This document shows positions 1-12,135 of a DNA stretch of 64,000 nt, one piece after another. This stretch comes from Octopus sinensis (taxonomy: Eukaryota): contig NC_042997.1 in NCBI RefSeq assembly GCF_006345805.1, forward strand, positions 49,228,001 to 49,292,000, given 5' to 3'. Below the pieces are notes generated by a model, which worked only from the letters and a program-made list of their open reading frames with translations, searched no databases and was not told the origin of the DNA. The number at the start of each line of letters is the position of its first letter. Within the stretch, counting starts at the first letter, position 1. Made by a program: the position numbers and the translations under genes.

Positions 1-434
1 ATATATATATGTATGTATGTATAAAAGCTAGGACCATTCCTTTTTGCCTATCCTTCTGTTCTACCCTTCATGACCATCACACAGTATTCAAGGGAATTAA
101 GTCACACTGACACAAGTGATTGAGACTATAGAGCAAAAAACATGATCCCTTTGTATATATCTTATATTGTTTGCTAGGATAAACTTACAACCTACAAATT
201 AATGTCTTTGAAGCTTCTTCCCTTTCCTCCCTTAGACTAATATTTCACAAATTCAGCTACGGTGACACTTTGACTCGCCAGTAACATTAGATATAAGGCT
301 GACTTTATTTGGTCATGTATCAAATATTATTCATATTCATTAGAATACAGTGTGTAAGTAAGTAAGTAAGTATGGAATTTTCATAACTTTATCCATTTTG
401 CAATTTTAAGCATTTATAATTTTATACTTATGTG

Positions 435-850
435 CACGTATGGTTGTGTGGATTAAGAAATATCTTTCCCAGCCACATGGGTTTGGGTTCAGTCTCACTG
501 AACAGCACCTTGGGTAAATGTCTTCTACTATAGCCCCTGGCAGATCAAAGCTTTCTGAGTGGATTTGGTAGACAGTGTGTGCGTGTGAGAGAGTGAGTGA
601 GTGAGTGAGTGTGAGTGGTACTGTTTTGTTGCCTTGACATCAAATAATAATTGTAAATGAATGTCACTAACATACAAGTGATGTCCTTTATATGCTGTCT
701 TCTGTGTCTGGCATGGGGAAATATTGCCTTACTCGGAAACAGGTGAAGGTTAATGACAGGAAGAGCATCTGGTTGTAGAAGTTCCACCTCAATAAATTCC
801 ATTTGAGCCATGCAAGCATAGAAAACTGCACTTTAAAACAATGATGATAA
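435..850 (+). mobile_element. SINE-B head with RTE-derived tail T2 (similar copies at about 3000-3445 -, 12940-13235 -, 23420-23815 +, 25140-25515 -, 55420-55830 -)
   Basis: Same head and CORE part as SINE-B; ends in gacaggaagagcatctggttgtagaa...catgcaagcatagaaaactgcactttaaaacaatgatgat, homologous to the R1 3' end at 41230-41383. Confidence 0.72.
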
Positions 851-872
851 TTGTAACTGTAAGTTAATTATT

Positions 873-1098
873 TTCTATTGCCCACAGGGGGCTAAACATA
901 GAGGGGACAAACAAGGATAGACAAAGGGATTAAGTCGATTACATCAACCCCAGTGCATACTGATACTTATTTATCGAACCCCAAAAGGATGTAAGGCAAA
1001 GTCGACCTTGGTGGAATTTGAACTCAGAACGTAACAGCAGACAAAATACTGCTAAGCATTTTGCCTGGTGTGCTAACCACTCTGCCAGCTCGCCGCCC
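873..1098 (-). mobile_element. tRNA-derived SINE-A1
   Basis: A/B-box head, GCCTTACATCCTTTTGGGGTTCGAT central motif, AAAGAAATA-type tail; 18-bp TSD 855-872/1099-1116 with 2 mismatches. Confidence 0.85.
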
Positions 1099-1631
1099 AA
1101 CTGCAAGTTAGTTATTGCATAGAATACTTCATGGTATTGACCATACCTGATGGCATAAAAGATGCACAGGCATATCAGGTGCATCCCAATTTCTGCAGCA
1201 AGAAATCAGGAAAAAATGTTCTTAGTGAATTTCTATTTCTCTTACTGTTGTTGCAGATTCCCATGACTCTCTGCCACTGCCCAATTCCATTCTTATGAAT
1301 TTGAATTGGGAGCTTGAGTCATAGTGACTCTTTCATTAGCTGATTCCACAACCACAGATGCCACCCCTCCCCTATGGAAGCATTGTAGTTACTCTCTTGA
1401 TAGAGCTTGCTGATCTTGACCATTGATCTTCCAGGATTCTTCCACTCAGCACCAATGTAAGAAGCACTGTTGGCTCAGTTGAGCTCTTCCACTACCTCTT
1501 CACAATCTGCAGTCCCAAGATTTCACCACATCCCAGTGCCAGAGTGGCTGAAAGGGTGCTAGGCCTTGCCAAAGGGCAGCCCATAACTATGCAAGCACAG
1601 TAGGCACTCTATAAGGTATTTGTAAAATACC

Positions 1632-1865
1632 TATTTCTTTACTATGCACAAGGAGCTAAACACAGAGGGGACAAACAAGGACAGACAGACGGATTAAGTC
1701 GATTATATCGACCCCAATGCGTAACTGGTCCCTAATTTATCAACCCCAAAAGGATGAAAGGCAAAGTCGACCTCGGCGGAATTTGAACTCAGAACGTAAC
1801 GACAGACAAAATACGGCTACACATTTCGCCCGGTGTGCTAATATTTCTGCCAGTTCGCTGCCTTT
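1632..1865 (-). mobile_element. SINE-A1
   Basis: Full head to tail; 9-bp TSD TAAAATACC at 1623-1631/1866-1874. Confidence 0.87.
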
Positions 1866-2169
1866 TAAAATACCTGCATAGCTTGAGCATTAAGGCATGT
1901 AAATTAGGCATAACCTTACATATAGAACCAAGGTTGATTTTTTTTTTTTTTAAATATCTTTTTGGGGAAATAAACGTGCATTTTATACTGTGCCATGAAT
2001 GATGGGGTTTCAACTACATGCACTCTAAGTTCAATCAAACTTTTACCTTTCATCCTTTTGAGGCTTGTTGATGAAAGACTTTGTTGCTGCAGCCTGGGTT
2101 GGAACCCAGCCATCATAAAAATGACAATAATGATTTCAAATTTTTCCACAAGGGCAGCAACTTTTGGGG

Positions 2170-2530
2170 AGGGGACTAGTTGATTATATCAACCCCAGTG
2201 TTTCACTGATACTTAATTTATCAACCCCAAAAGGATGAAAGGCAAAATCAACCTTGGTGGAATTTGAACTCAGAACGTAGCAATGGGTGAAATACCTATT
2301 TCTTTACTACCCACAAGGGGCTACACACAGAGGGGACAAACAAGGACAGACAAACGGATTAAGTCAATTATATCAACCCCAGTGCGTAACTGATACTTAT
2401 TTAATTGATCCTGAAAGGATGAAAGGCAAAGTCAACCTCGGCGGAATTTGAACTCAGAACGTAACGGCAGACGAAATACCGCTAAGCATTTCACCGGGTG
2501 TGCTAACGGTTCTGCCAGCTTACCACCTTA
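2170..2530 (-). mobile_element. SINE-A dimer (A1 joined to an older A body at GGTATT)
   Basis: A1 tail is followed by GGTATT (2291-2296) and a second, head-less, more diverged monomer. Confidence 0.8.
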
Positions 2531-3959
2531 TCAGTATCATCATCATGATCATCATAATGAGGATGAGGAGGAGGAGGAGGAGGAGGAGGAGGAGAAGGAT
2601 AATGAAAGAACAAACCCAGGGTAAGTGGATTAGCAGAATTGTTAGAAGGTCAAGCAAAATGCCCTTGTGAAAATTATTTTTGCTTTATGTGTTGATAGAA
2701 ACAACTGAGATGGCCATTGGTGACAAATTGTACTGGTTTCAATTGGCAACCCATCTCTTGGATAAACATCAGTGGTGTGAACAGGAAGGAGAAACTCGTA
2801 TGCATAAGTGACAACAAGTCTGCCTCAAAATGTCTTGTCCAGGTTTGCACACATACTTACAAGGCATTGGTCAGCCTGGGGATATAGTTAATAGAAGACA
2901 CTTTCTCAAGAGGTGGTACAGTGGGACTGAACCCGAAACAACATAGCTGGGTGAATTATTTTAACTACACAACAATACCTGCACATACATCATCATCATC
3001 ATCATCATCATTATTATTATCATCATTTTAATGTTCACTTTTCCATGTTTGCATGGATCAGATGGAATTCAACTGAGGCAGATTTTGATTATTTTTTTTT
3101 TACAACCAAGATGTCCTCCCTGTCATCAAGCAAAGTAATAAATAAATGCTTCCTCATGACCAGATAAGGTTTTATGAAGACAGGAAACGAATGACAACAC
3201 TGTATGATGATGATACTCATAACTATCACATAGTCAAGATAAGTATACACATGCATGCACACGCACTATATTATGTGTTTGTGTATATATATATATATAT
3301 GATGGGCTCATTTCAGTTTTCATCTACCCAATCCACTCAAGAATTTGGTCCGCCTGGGGTTATATTAGAAAATGTGCTGTGTTGTCATGCAGTGGAACTG
3401 AGCCCAAAAACACATAGTTGGAAAGCAAACTTCTCTAACACACACCCAAACCTCCACCTAAATTCTTCAAAATTGGTGTATTTGTGATTTTACATATACC
3501 AAAATTCAATAACCTATATTAATGTCTATCCCCTTCAAATAACTCAGGCTTTTTTTTCTTTGTCTGACTCACAACTTATGCTGCTAACACATTCTCTTTT
3601 ACTCAGTAACACTCACTGATGCAGAGAGGGTATAGAACTATCATCTTTTCTCTCTTTCTCTCTCTCTCTGGAACTTTCATTCTCTCCAACAGTCTCATAC
3701 ACTCTTTTTCTGCCATACTCAGTCACTACTTTAAGCTCTTGTATATCAAAGATGTTTTAACCATTATACTGAAACACAATTGGCCCACTACCTCCAAACA
3801 ACAACTAACATTCAAAATTTGAAACAGACAAACCACATCTAAGCTTTTTTTTCCCTACCTTTAACCCTCCAACTCAGAGTATAGGTCACTTATAGTTGAA
3901 TTCCATGTTGCATAATTTTTCGCTTCTGTACTTATACTCTGCCATGAATATCCCCCTTT

Positions 3960-4275
3960 CTCTAGTTCCTTTTGTGTTGATCTCCGCCACGAGTTCTTAG
4001 GCCTACCTCTCCTTCAATATCCAACCGGTTTCCACTGTAAAGCACTTTTCGCTACATTTGGTGTTTCTTTTCTGATTGTGCTACCAATCCACTTCCACTT
4101 TTTCTTAACTATTTGCTCCCTAATTGAAACTTCATTTGTTCTTTGCCACAGCTCCATATTGCTTATGTGTTCAGGCCATCTAATTTTAAGTATACTACGC
4201 AAGCGTCTGTTGATGAATGATTGTATTTGCTTATTTGACTTAACTGTTGTTAACTGTTATCCAAGCGGATAACTC
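3960..4275 (-). mobile_element. RTE ORF 3' fragment
   Basis: LRSILKIRWPEHISNMELWQRT...KWKWIG...ALQWKP..*RRGRPKNSWRR. Confidence 0.8.
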
Positions 4276-5213
4276 TTTCACCTTTTACACCTAACCTTAC
4301 TGTCATTTATTCCTTATATAAGCTACTGATAGAGGAAGACTAAACCCTTGAAAGCAGTGTGCCAGTATGGTCACACTCCAAATATAGAAACCAGTAATAA
4401 AAGAATATGAAACTGCTAAAATCATCCACATGCTACAGAAGCATGTAATACTTGCAAACAAATTAGGAGACTAAAGGAAGATACGAAAGTGGATATTACA
4501 GCAATGGCACACAACCATAGCTAAGGCAAGTGCATTTGAGAAAGCAGCAAACCATGACATAGTCAACAGATGACAAATATAGTTCCTTGCCGTCAAGCCA
4601 CAATTATTATTACAACCAATATCACATCCATTACCGTTATTTCCATCATTATCATTGCCATTATCATCCAATGACAGCAATCATTTGTAATATGCTCTGA
4701 AATAAAATGCCAGCTAAAATGCTGATATATTTATTCAACAACAATCATAAAAGTTAAGTGGCCCATTATTGAACAATTTGTTGTATTTAAGTCCCCCACC
4801 ACCACCACCAGTCATTGGGTCAAAATAAAAATAGCAACAATAAAAAATAAATCAAATTTTAAAAAGAACAACAAAAAAACGGTTTAAATGGGATGGGAGA
4901 AATAGTTTTGAAGTAAAACAAACTTAGCCTAGTCTGGGGGGGGGGAGAGATGGAGCAAGAGTTGGGAGAGAAATACCAGGTTACTTACTAGAGAGGTAAG
5001 AATTTATGAGGTTGTCAAGTGACCTAAATTCTCAGATAAAAATAGATAAAAAAAATTTCTTCATTAAACAACACAGAAAGAAATAGTATCTCAAAATCAC
5101 CCCTAACCCAACCAAACACCTAACCCCATACATAGACACAATTATTTGATTGGCTTCTTTTACACAAACCATTTCAGAATTGATAGATTTGGTCATCAGT
5201 AGTCTTGAGTAAG

Positions 5214-5280
5214 GTAGACAGGTAGATGCATATGGAGACAAGTAGATGCATATGTAGACAGGTAGATGCATATGTATACG
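5214..5280 (+). repeat. 20-bp tandem repeat, about 3 copies
   Basis: GTAGACAGGTAGATGCATAT units. Confidence 0.8.
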
Positions 5281-6510
5281 TACTAGCCATTATACCTGTA
5301 CTGTAGTAAGAGGACCGAAATGCAAATTATATGACTGACAAACACTAATTACAAATGATTCTGTTCAAAAGTAGTACTGTAATCTTAATCTTCCTTCGGG
5401 CCTAAAGAAGGTGTGCAATCAGCTACTGCAAGCCAAAACACTTATTAACTACGTGCACTTTTTACTCAGCTGCACCTATCTCTGCAATACACAGGTATAT
5501 GGGTTAGTACTGCTGCTGCTACTGTTGCTACACACATTCCTGCATCTTAAAAATGAGAATTCACAAGGCCAAAGTGGGGAAAACTTTTTTTTTAATTAAG
5601 GCATAAATGCATCTTATACTGAGAAAAAATACCGAATCTTAAAACTATACAAATTTGAAGTATAGAGGTATGAATCTTAAAATTTTTTTTTTTTTTTTTT
5701 TTGATGGTTGATAGACATCATAAGCAAAGAGTTTCAAATTTGAATGTGGTCAAAATTTCACCAGGGGCAAAGGGTGCACAACATCCATGTATAAACCTTA
5801 ACTATCTTCAAACGGACTGTTTTTGGTCCATCTCTATCAATCTACCTGTGCCAACCTTCTGTCCTCAGTTCGCAACCTCGTAAATGCTTGTAACATGAAA
5901 AGCAGTACCCAGTAAACACTGTAAAATGGCCAACATTAGGAAGGGCATCGAGCATCATTGTTTAAATGTTCCCTTTTCTGTGCCCAACGGAATTTGTTTA
6001 AGTGGATTTTCTATGGCTGGAGGCCCTTCCTCTCAATAACTAAAGTAATATTTCCCTTTGACCAGATATGTTTTTACAGAAGAACCTGTGTTCTCAATCC
6101 TAAGGTATTTTTTTATGTTATTATAATAATAATGATTCATCATCATCATCATCATCGTTTAGCATGGGTTGGATGGTTCAACTGGGGTCTCAGAAGCCCA
6201 AAGGCTGCACAGGCCCAGTCAGATCTGGCAAGGTTTCTACAGCTGGATGCCCTTCCTAACGCCAACCACTCCGTGAGTGTAGTCGGTGCTTTTTACGTGC
6301 CACCGATACAGGTGCCAGACGAGGCTGGCGAACGGCCACACTCAGATGGTGCTTTTTACGTGCCACCGGCACAGAGGCCAGGCGATGTGGCGCTGGCTAC
6401 AACCAAAGGTAAAGTTGACGGTGCTGGAATTTGAACTCTGAATGTAAAGACGGACAAAATACTGCTATTATGCCCGGAGCGGTAATGAGTCTGCCAGCTC
6501 GCCACCTCCG

Positions 6511-6865
6511 ATTATTATTATTATTATTATTATTATTGTTATTATTCAGGTCACTGCCTGGAATCGAACTCAGAATCTTGAGGTTAGTAGCCCATACTTT
6601 AACCAGTATGCCATATGCCTGTGTTTAAGAGCACGGGCTACTAACCCCAAGATTCCAAGTTTGATTCCAGGCAGTGACCTTAACAATAATAATAATAATA
6701 ATAACAACATAGAAATGAGAACCCATGTTTGAAATTTCCCCAAGACACCTGATGAAGGCTGGAGGGTATATCAGCCAAAATGTTAATAACAAACAAAAAT
6801 GAGGACAAATATCCGTCAAATGTAAATAATGTACATAATTCCTCATCTCTTAAATATAGAACTGA
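6511..6865 (+). mobile_element. tRNA-headed short element (SINE-F) with inverted upstream copy and degenerate hammerhead (family P1)
   Basis: Inverted head copy 6511-6619; direct head 6620-6680 with (AAT)n; then CTGATGA-A-GGCTG(10 nt)CAGCC-AAAATGTT at 6749-6784. Confidence 0.6.
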
Positions 6866-8199
6866 AGGCTTCTTTCAGTTTCTGTTTTCCATATCCAGTC
6901 ACAAGACTTTGGGGAACCCAAAGTTATAGTAGAAGACATTTGCCCAAGGTGCCATGCGGTGGGACTGACCCTGAAACCATGTAGTTGGGAAGCAAGCTTC
7001 TTACCACATAGCCACACCTGCACTTGTATGTTTATAATCAGCGAATAGAAGTGGTATGCATCAAGCTAGACTCGTCTGTATCTTTTAGCTTTGATATAAA
7101 CTGAATTTACTGTGGCTTTAACTGCTAATTGTGATATATGAAACAAAAAGGTCTTTTTGTTTTTTTTTCTAAACTAGCACAAATATTTGCAACAATTCAA
7201 AGTTAAAATCCAACACACAATACATCTTTGTTAATTCTATTTTAACAACGATACCCGTGAGGTCTTTGCAACTTGCAGCAAAAGATCGACAATAAACACT
7301 TCAACAAAAAAGAAATCTTAATGTACAGTAGCTGACAATAGAGTTTATATATAACCTAAACTGTTGCATTTAAAGACAACACATTGTACAATGAACACAA
7401 GCACAGCAGCAGAAAAATGCACATAAAACAAATTCATTACCCAAAGCACTAACAAACTTAATTATAACTTTCTCTTTTTAATCTTCTCTGGTGGAGACAG
7501 CAGCTTTAAAATTCATGTAAAGCAATGTTTTTGGACAACAATGCTTTAAATGCAACTGCTACAGCCTGCAAGGTAGGAAAAAACTAAAGCAAGGCAGCTT
7601 CCTGACAAAAGTCATTCATAAGAATATCATCAACATCTTTTAACGTCCACTTTCCATGCTGTCATGGGTTGGACGATTTGACTGAGGACTGGCGAACCAG
7701 ATGGCTGCACCTGACTCCATTCTTGATCTGGCAGAGTTTCTACAGCTGGATGCCCTTCCTAATGCCAACCACTCCGAGAGTGTAGTGGGTGCTTTTACAT
7801 GCCACTGGCACGAGGGCCAGTCAGGCGGTACTGGCAGTGGCCACAAAAAAAATCATTCTTTTTTTTTTTACGTGTCAACTGCACCCCGGCACAAGTGCCA
7901 GTAAGGTGATGCTGATAACGATCACACTCGAATGGTGCTTTTTACGTGCCACCGACACAAACGCCAGTTAGCCACTCTGGCAACGATCACACTTTGCCAT
8001 GGAAATATCGTCATCTTCCTCTCTGTGGTTTTTTTAATGTCTGTCTTCCACGCTGACATGGGTTGGACAATTTGACAGGATCTGACAGGTCCAAGGACTG
8101 CATCATCTGGCAATATCTGTTTGGAATGGTTCCATGGGTGAATGCCTTCTTTAATGCCAACTCTTTATAGAGTTTACTGAGAATTTTACTTATGGCACA

Positions 8200-8930
8200 A
8201 GCAAAGTTAGATCACTACACAGTTTGCAAGACTAGGATCCTCTCTCAGAATTGAGGAGTTAAGATATGAGAGATGGGAGTCATAAAAGAACAGGCTACTC
8301 GCTGCCAAGGAGCTGCAAAGCTACTCGCAGTATAGAAGAGAGGGTGGGAGTAACTGAGGTGAAGCTGGGAAAAGAGATAAAACAGTGGTGATGAGGTATC
8401 AGGTCAGGAGGTGAGTAGAAGTGAATGGAGACAAGACAACAGAAGGAAAGAATTGGAGAAAAGAAGTAGCAAGAGTGCATCTGGAGAGCAAGGAATGGCG
8501 AGAGATGAGGAATGAGGGGTGAATATAATGAATGAAGGACAAGTGTTGAGGGATGATAAATAAATATAGGACTGAACAGATTGGCAGAGTGAGGTGTGGA
8601 TGTAGTGGTTAATGTTATATGAGTTGGGTGAGAGTAGGTGATGACTGACAGTGCAGAAAGAGGCAAGAAACAGCTGAATATTAATAATGATACAGTAGAC
8701 AGAGGAAGGGCGAGATAGACAGAGGGAAAGAGATGGCATATGGTTGGCTAGGTTGCTAGAGTGTGGGGAAAGAGGCAGTTGTAGTTCAAGGGGAGAGTGA
8801 GAGATGTAAGGTGAAGGAGAGATAATATGGTACTTGAAGAATGATACCAACCTGCCTGAAACCATCCTTGGTTTGATGATACAAACTTTCTGTTTTGAAA
8901 GGATTAAATTAAAACCTTCCATCACGATTT
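8200..8930 (-). mobile_element. Possible highly degenerate LINE fragment
   Basis: About 700 bp of strongly strand-skewed (minus strand C/T-rich) non-microsatellite DNA; no diagnostic motif recovered. Confidence 0.3.
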
Positions 8931-9194
8931 CAGTTTAATTGATGTTGCAGACACCAGATTAATGACAAAAATATTTGGAAAAACTACAGTTAAATTGAGA
9001 TTTAGGTTATTCTAAGTTAATCATAAACAATTTATAATATATATACCTGGCATAAGATATAAGTGTAGAGGTTGTGAGTAAACATCATTTTTACACCGGT
9101 TATTGGTTGGTAGATTGACAGGTTGCATGCCTTGTTGAGAGATAGAAAGATAGACAGACAGGTAATTAAACTAGAAAGAGATTACATTACTCAC

Positions 9195-9496
9195 CTGTAA
9201 AACTCTACTGGTATCAAATCTCCGACTGCTAGGTCTTCCTTCCAGAGTACTAAAGACAACTGTGCCTCCAGAGAGTGGAGATATATCACTAAATTCATCA
9301 CTACAAACTGCCTTTGACTCATCATATGCAGTAATAATAGATTTCGGCCGTAAGCCGTAGGTACGCTCACAAGAAGAACTGTAGTATTGGTAAGGTATCC
9401 ATTCACCATCTTCTGTAGTCCTTTTATAGATGGCAAAACTTTCGGGACGACTCGAGTGGAATCGTATACTCACGTATGTGATATCAAAAGCTTTCT
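9195..9496 (-). CDS. LAMC1: Internal coding exon of a laminin gamma chain (LN domain)
   Basis: Translates to KAFDITYVSIRFHSSRPESFAIYKRTTEDGEWIPYQYYSSSCERTYG...AVCSDEFSDISPLSGGTVVFSTLEGRPSSRRFDTSRVLQ, matching laminin gamma LN motifs (RPESFAIYKRT, WIPYQYYS, DEFSDISPL, FSTLEGRPS) rather than netrin. Acceptor ttttatctttacag ends at 9497; donor gtgagt starts at 9194; 302 nt, phase 1 to phase 0. Confidence 0.92.
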
Positions 9497-9599
9497 CTGT
9501 AAAGATAAAAAAAAACCAGAAATAAGTAACTTTAGAGATAAAATCTTTGATATCGTCTTTATAGAGGCAAAATAAAATTTGACTGTTTAGTACCTTTAT

Positions 9600-10200
9600 C
9601 TTTTACTTGTTTTAGTCACTGAACTGTGTGGCCATGTTGGGGCAATGCCTTGAAGGGTTTTAGTTGAACAAAACGACCCCAATACTTATTATTTTTAAGT
9701 CAGGTACTTATTTATTCAGTCTCTTAACCCTTTCGCTACCAGCCCGGCTGAAACCGGCTCTGGCTCTTAAGTTTTAAATTGAAATTTTCTACCAAACCTT
9801 AGTAACAATTAATGTTCCTAACACTTGCTTAATGATAACTGAGTTATTTTATTAAATTCTTTGTTGTATTTAAAGTAACTGAAAGAAACAGAGAGCATCT
9901 CAAAATAAATACAGTAACGAAAGGGTTAAACAAACACCAGTGCTCTAAAGTGGTGGTGGTCATGGTGGTGACAAACACAAAGACACACAAACACACATAT
10001 ATGTATGACATGTTTCTTTTTTTAGTTTCTGTTTACAAAATTCACTCACAACACACACACAGTTTACATCAACCAAATTCACTCACAAGGCATTAGTTGG
10101 TCTGCAATTATAGTAGAAAACACTTGCCCAAGGTGCCACACAGTAGGACCGAATGTGAAACCATGTGGCTGCAAAGTGAGTCATAGCTGAGCCTGTGTCT
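9600..10200 (-). mobile_element. Diverged SINE-B interrupted by a TTAA MITE
   Basis: T1 tail 9600-9723, MITE, then linker and head to about 10200. Confidence 0.65.
9728..9925. mobile_element. piggyBac-type MITE M2
   Basis: TTAA TSD at 9724-27/9926-29; TIR CCCTTTCGCTAC / GTAACGAAAGGG. Confidence 0.82.
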
Positions 10201-11589
10201 ATGTTATTTAGACGTATGACAGAATTGACCAGAATTATACAGATGACTTCCAATTACTATTGACAACAAAATGAAGATAAAATATGTCTGGAGTAAACAT
10301 TAAACGCCTTCCTGTATTTTGATGTTTTATGATACTTAAATTATGAGTTCAAACCTTACTGATGCCAACTGTCTTTTATCCTCTCGCACTCAATAAAATA
10401 AATAGCAATCAAGCACCAAAATTTATTTAATTAACTGTACACTCCAAAATATGTGGCCTTGAATATATATTAGAAACTATTACAATTTTATTACTAGTAT
10501 CAGTTTAACATCCGTTTTTCCATATTACTATGATTTGGCTTTTTTTTTTAAATCATATAGAATGAAACTATGATGATGATGGTGGTGGTGATGGTGATGG
10601 TGGTGGTGATGATGAAACTGACCTTTAAGTCAAGCAATGTTATCTCTAATATGCCTAGTACTCATGGTACAAATATAAAAATAGTCTCAAAATTATTGGG
10701 AATCTCTTTGGTTAACCATAGCTTCCATTTCTTTGATTAGATAAACTCAAGCAAACAGAATGACACTGCTTGAGACAGACAGACAGACAGGCAGACAGAC
10801 AGAGTGTGTGTGTGTGTATGTGTGTGTGTGTGTGTGCGCACACATGTTGAGAGAGAGAAACAAGCAAAGGAACAAAATCAAAGAATGAAGAACAGCAGCC
10901 AAAGTCTTTGAAGAATCTTTCATACACATAAAAATAAATCAGTTGTTGTTTAGCCCAAGGTCAGCTTTGGTCAAGCAGACCTTTGATGATTAAAGGCATA
11001 CTAACCATATTAGACATTTTCACACCCCCCCCCACCTTTTTTTTTTAAATATACATTATGGGTTGCTCTGACCAGTGCATCCTTCTTTATTTGAAATGGT
11101 ATGGTGTTAACTGAAGAATATTTGTTTGTTGTTTCCAGCAGAAGGAGCAACTGGATATAGGCTCTGTTTTTTTAGGTGTCTTGCTGTAGAAGAGATACAT
11201 GAGAGATGGTGAAGAAGATGTATCAGAGAATGGGACAGAATGGTGAGAAAGGATCTACAGATGGTGGCATTCACAGAGGAGATGACAGGGGGCCAAGACT
11301 CCTGGCAGTTTGCTGTGTTTTAGAAGACACATCAATTAAAAGTGTGGTTGCCCTCACATACAGGCTCATCTCACCAGCCAAGCACCCCTAATTTTGCAGG
11401 TTCATAGGTGCCAGTGCCGCGTAAAATCACCCATGCCAGTTCTGCATAAAAGCACCCAGTACACTGTAAAGTGATTGGTATTAGGAAGGGCAATCTAGTC
11501 CTTCAGTTGGTTAGCTCCTGTCAATTCATCTAACCCATGCCAGCATGAGAAATAGATGCTAAATGATGTGTGTGTGTGTGAGTGTGTGT

Positions 11590-12135
11590 GTTTATAGGCA
11601 TGGCTATGTGGTAAGAAGCTTGCATCCTAATCACATGGTTCTGGTTCAGACCTATGGCATGGCACCTTGGACAAGTGTCTTCTACTATAGCCTCAGGCCG
11701 ACCAAAGCCTTGTGAGTAGACTTGGTAGATGGAAACTGAAAGAAGCCCATCATGTGTGTGTATATCTTTGTGAGCAGTTGATTTTACAGTGTGATGCTTG
11801 TCTTTACTACTACCACCACCACAACTATTACTGCCACTACTGCTGCTACTACTACTACTCATCTGTGAAACAAGGAGTAACAGAACTTGTGTTTGTCCCT
11901 CCATTACTGCTTGACAACCAGTGTTAGTGTGTTTACATCGCTGTAACTTAACAGTTTGGCAAAAGAGACCAATAGAATAAGTACTAGGTTTAAAAAAAAA
12001 TGAGTCCTGGGGACGATTTGTTTGACTAAAACCCTCGAAAGCGATGCTCCAGCATGGGCCGCAATCTAATGACGGAAACAAGTAAAGTAATATGGTGGTG
12101 CCCCAGCATGACCGCAGTTTTGAAACTGAAACAAT
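11590..12135 (+). mobile_element. SINE-B, tail T1, with a foreign segment in the linker
   Basis: Head 11590-11755, inserted module 11778-11886, tail to about 12135. Confidence 0.75.
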
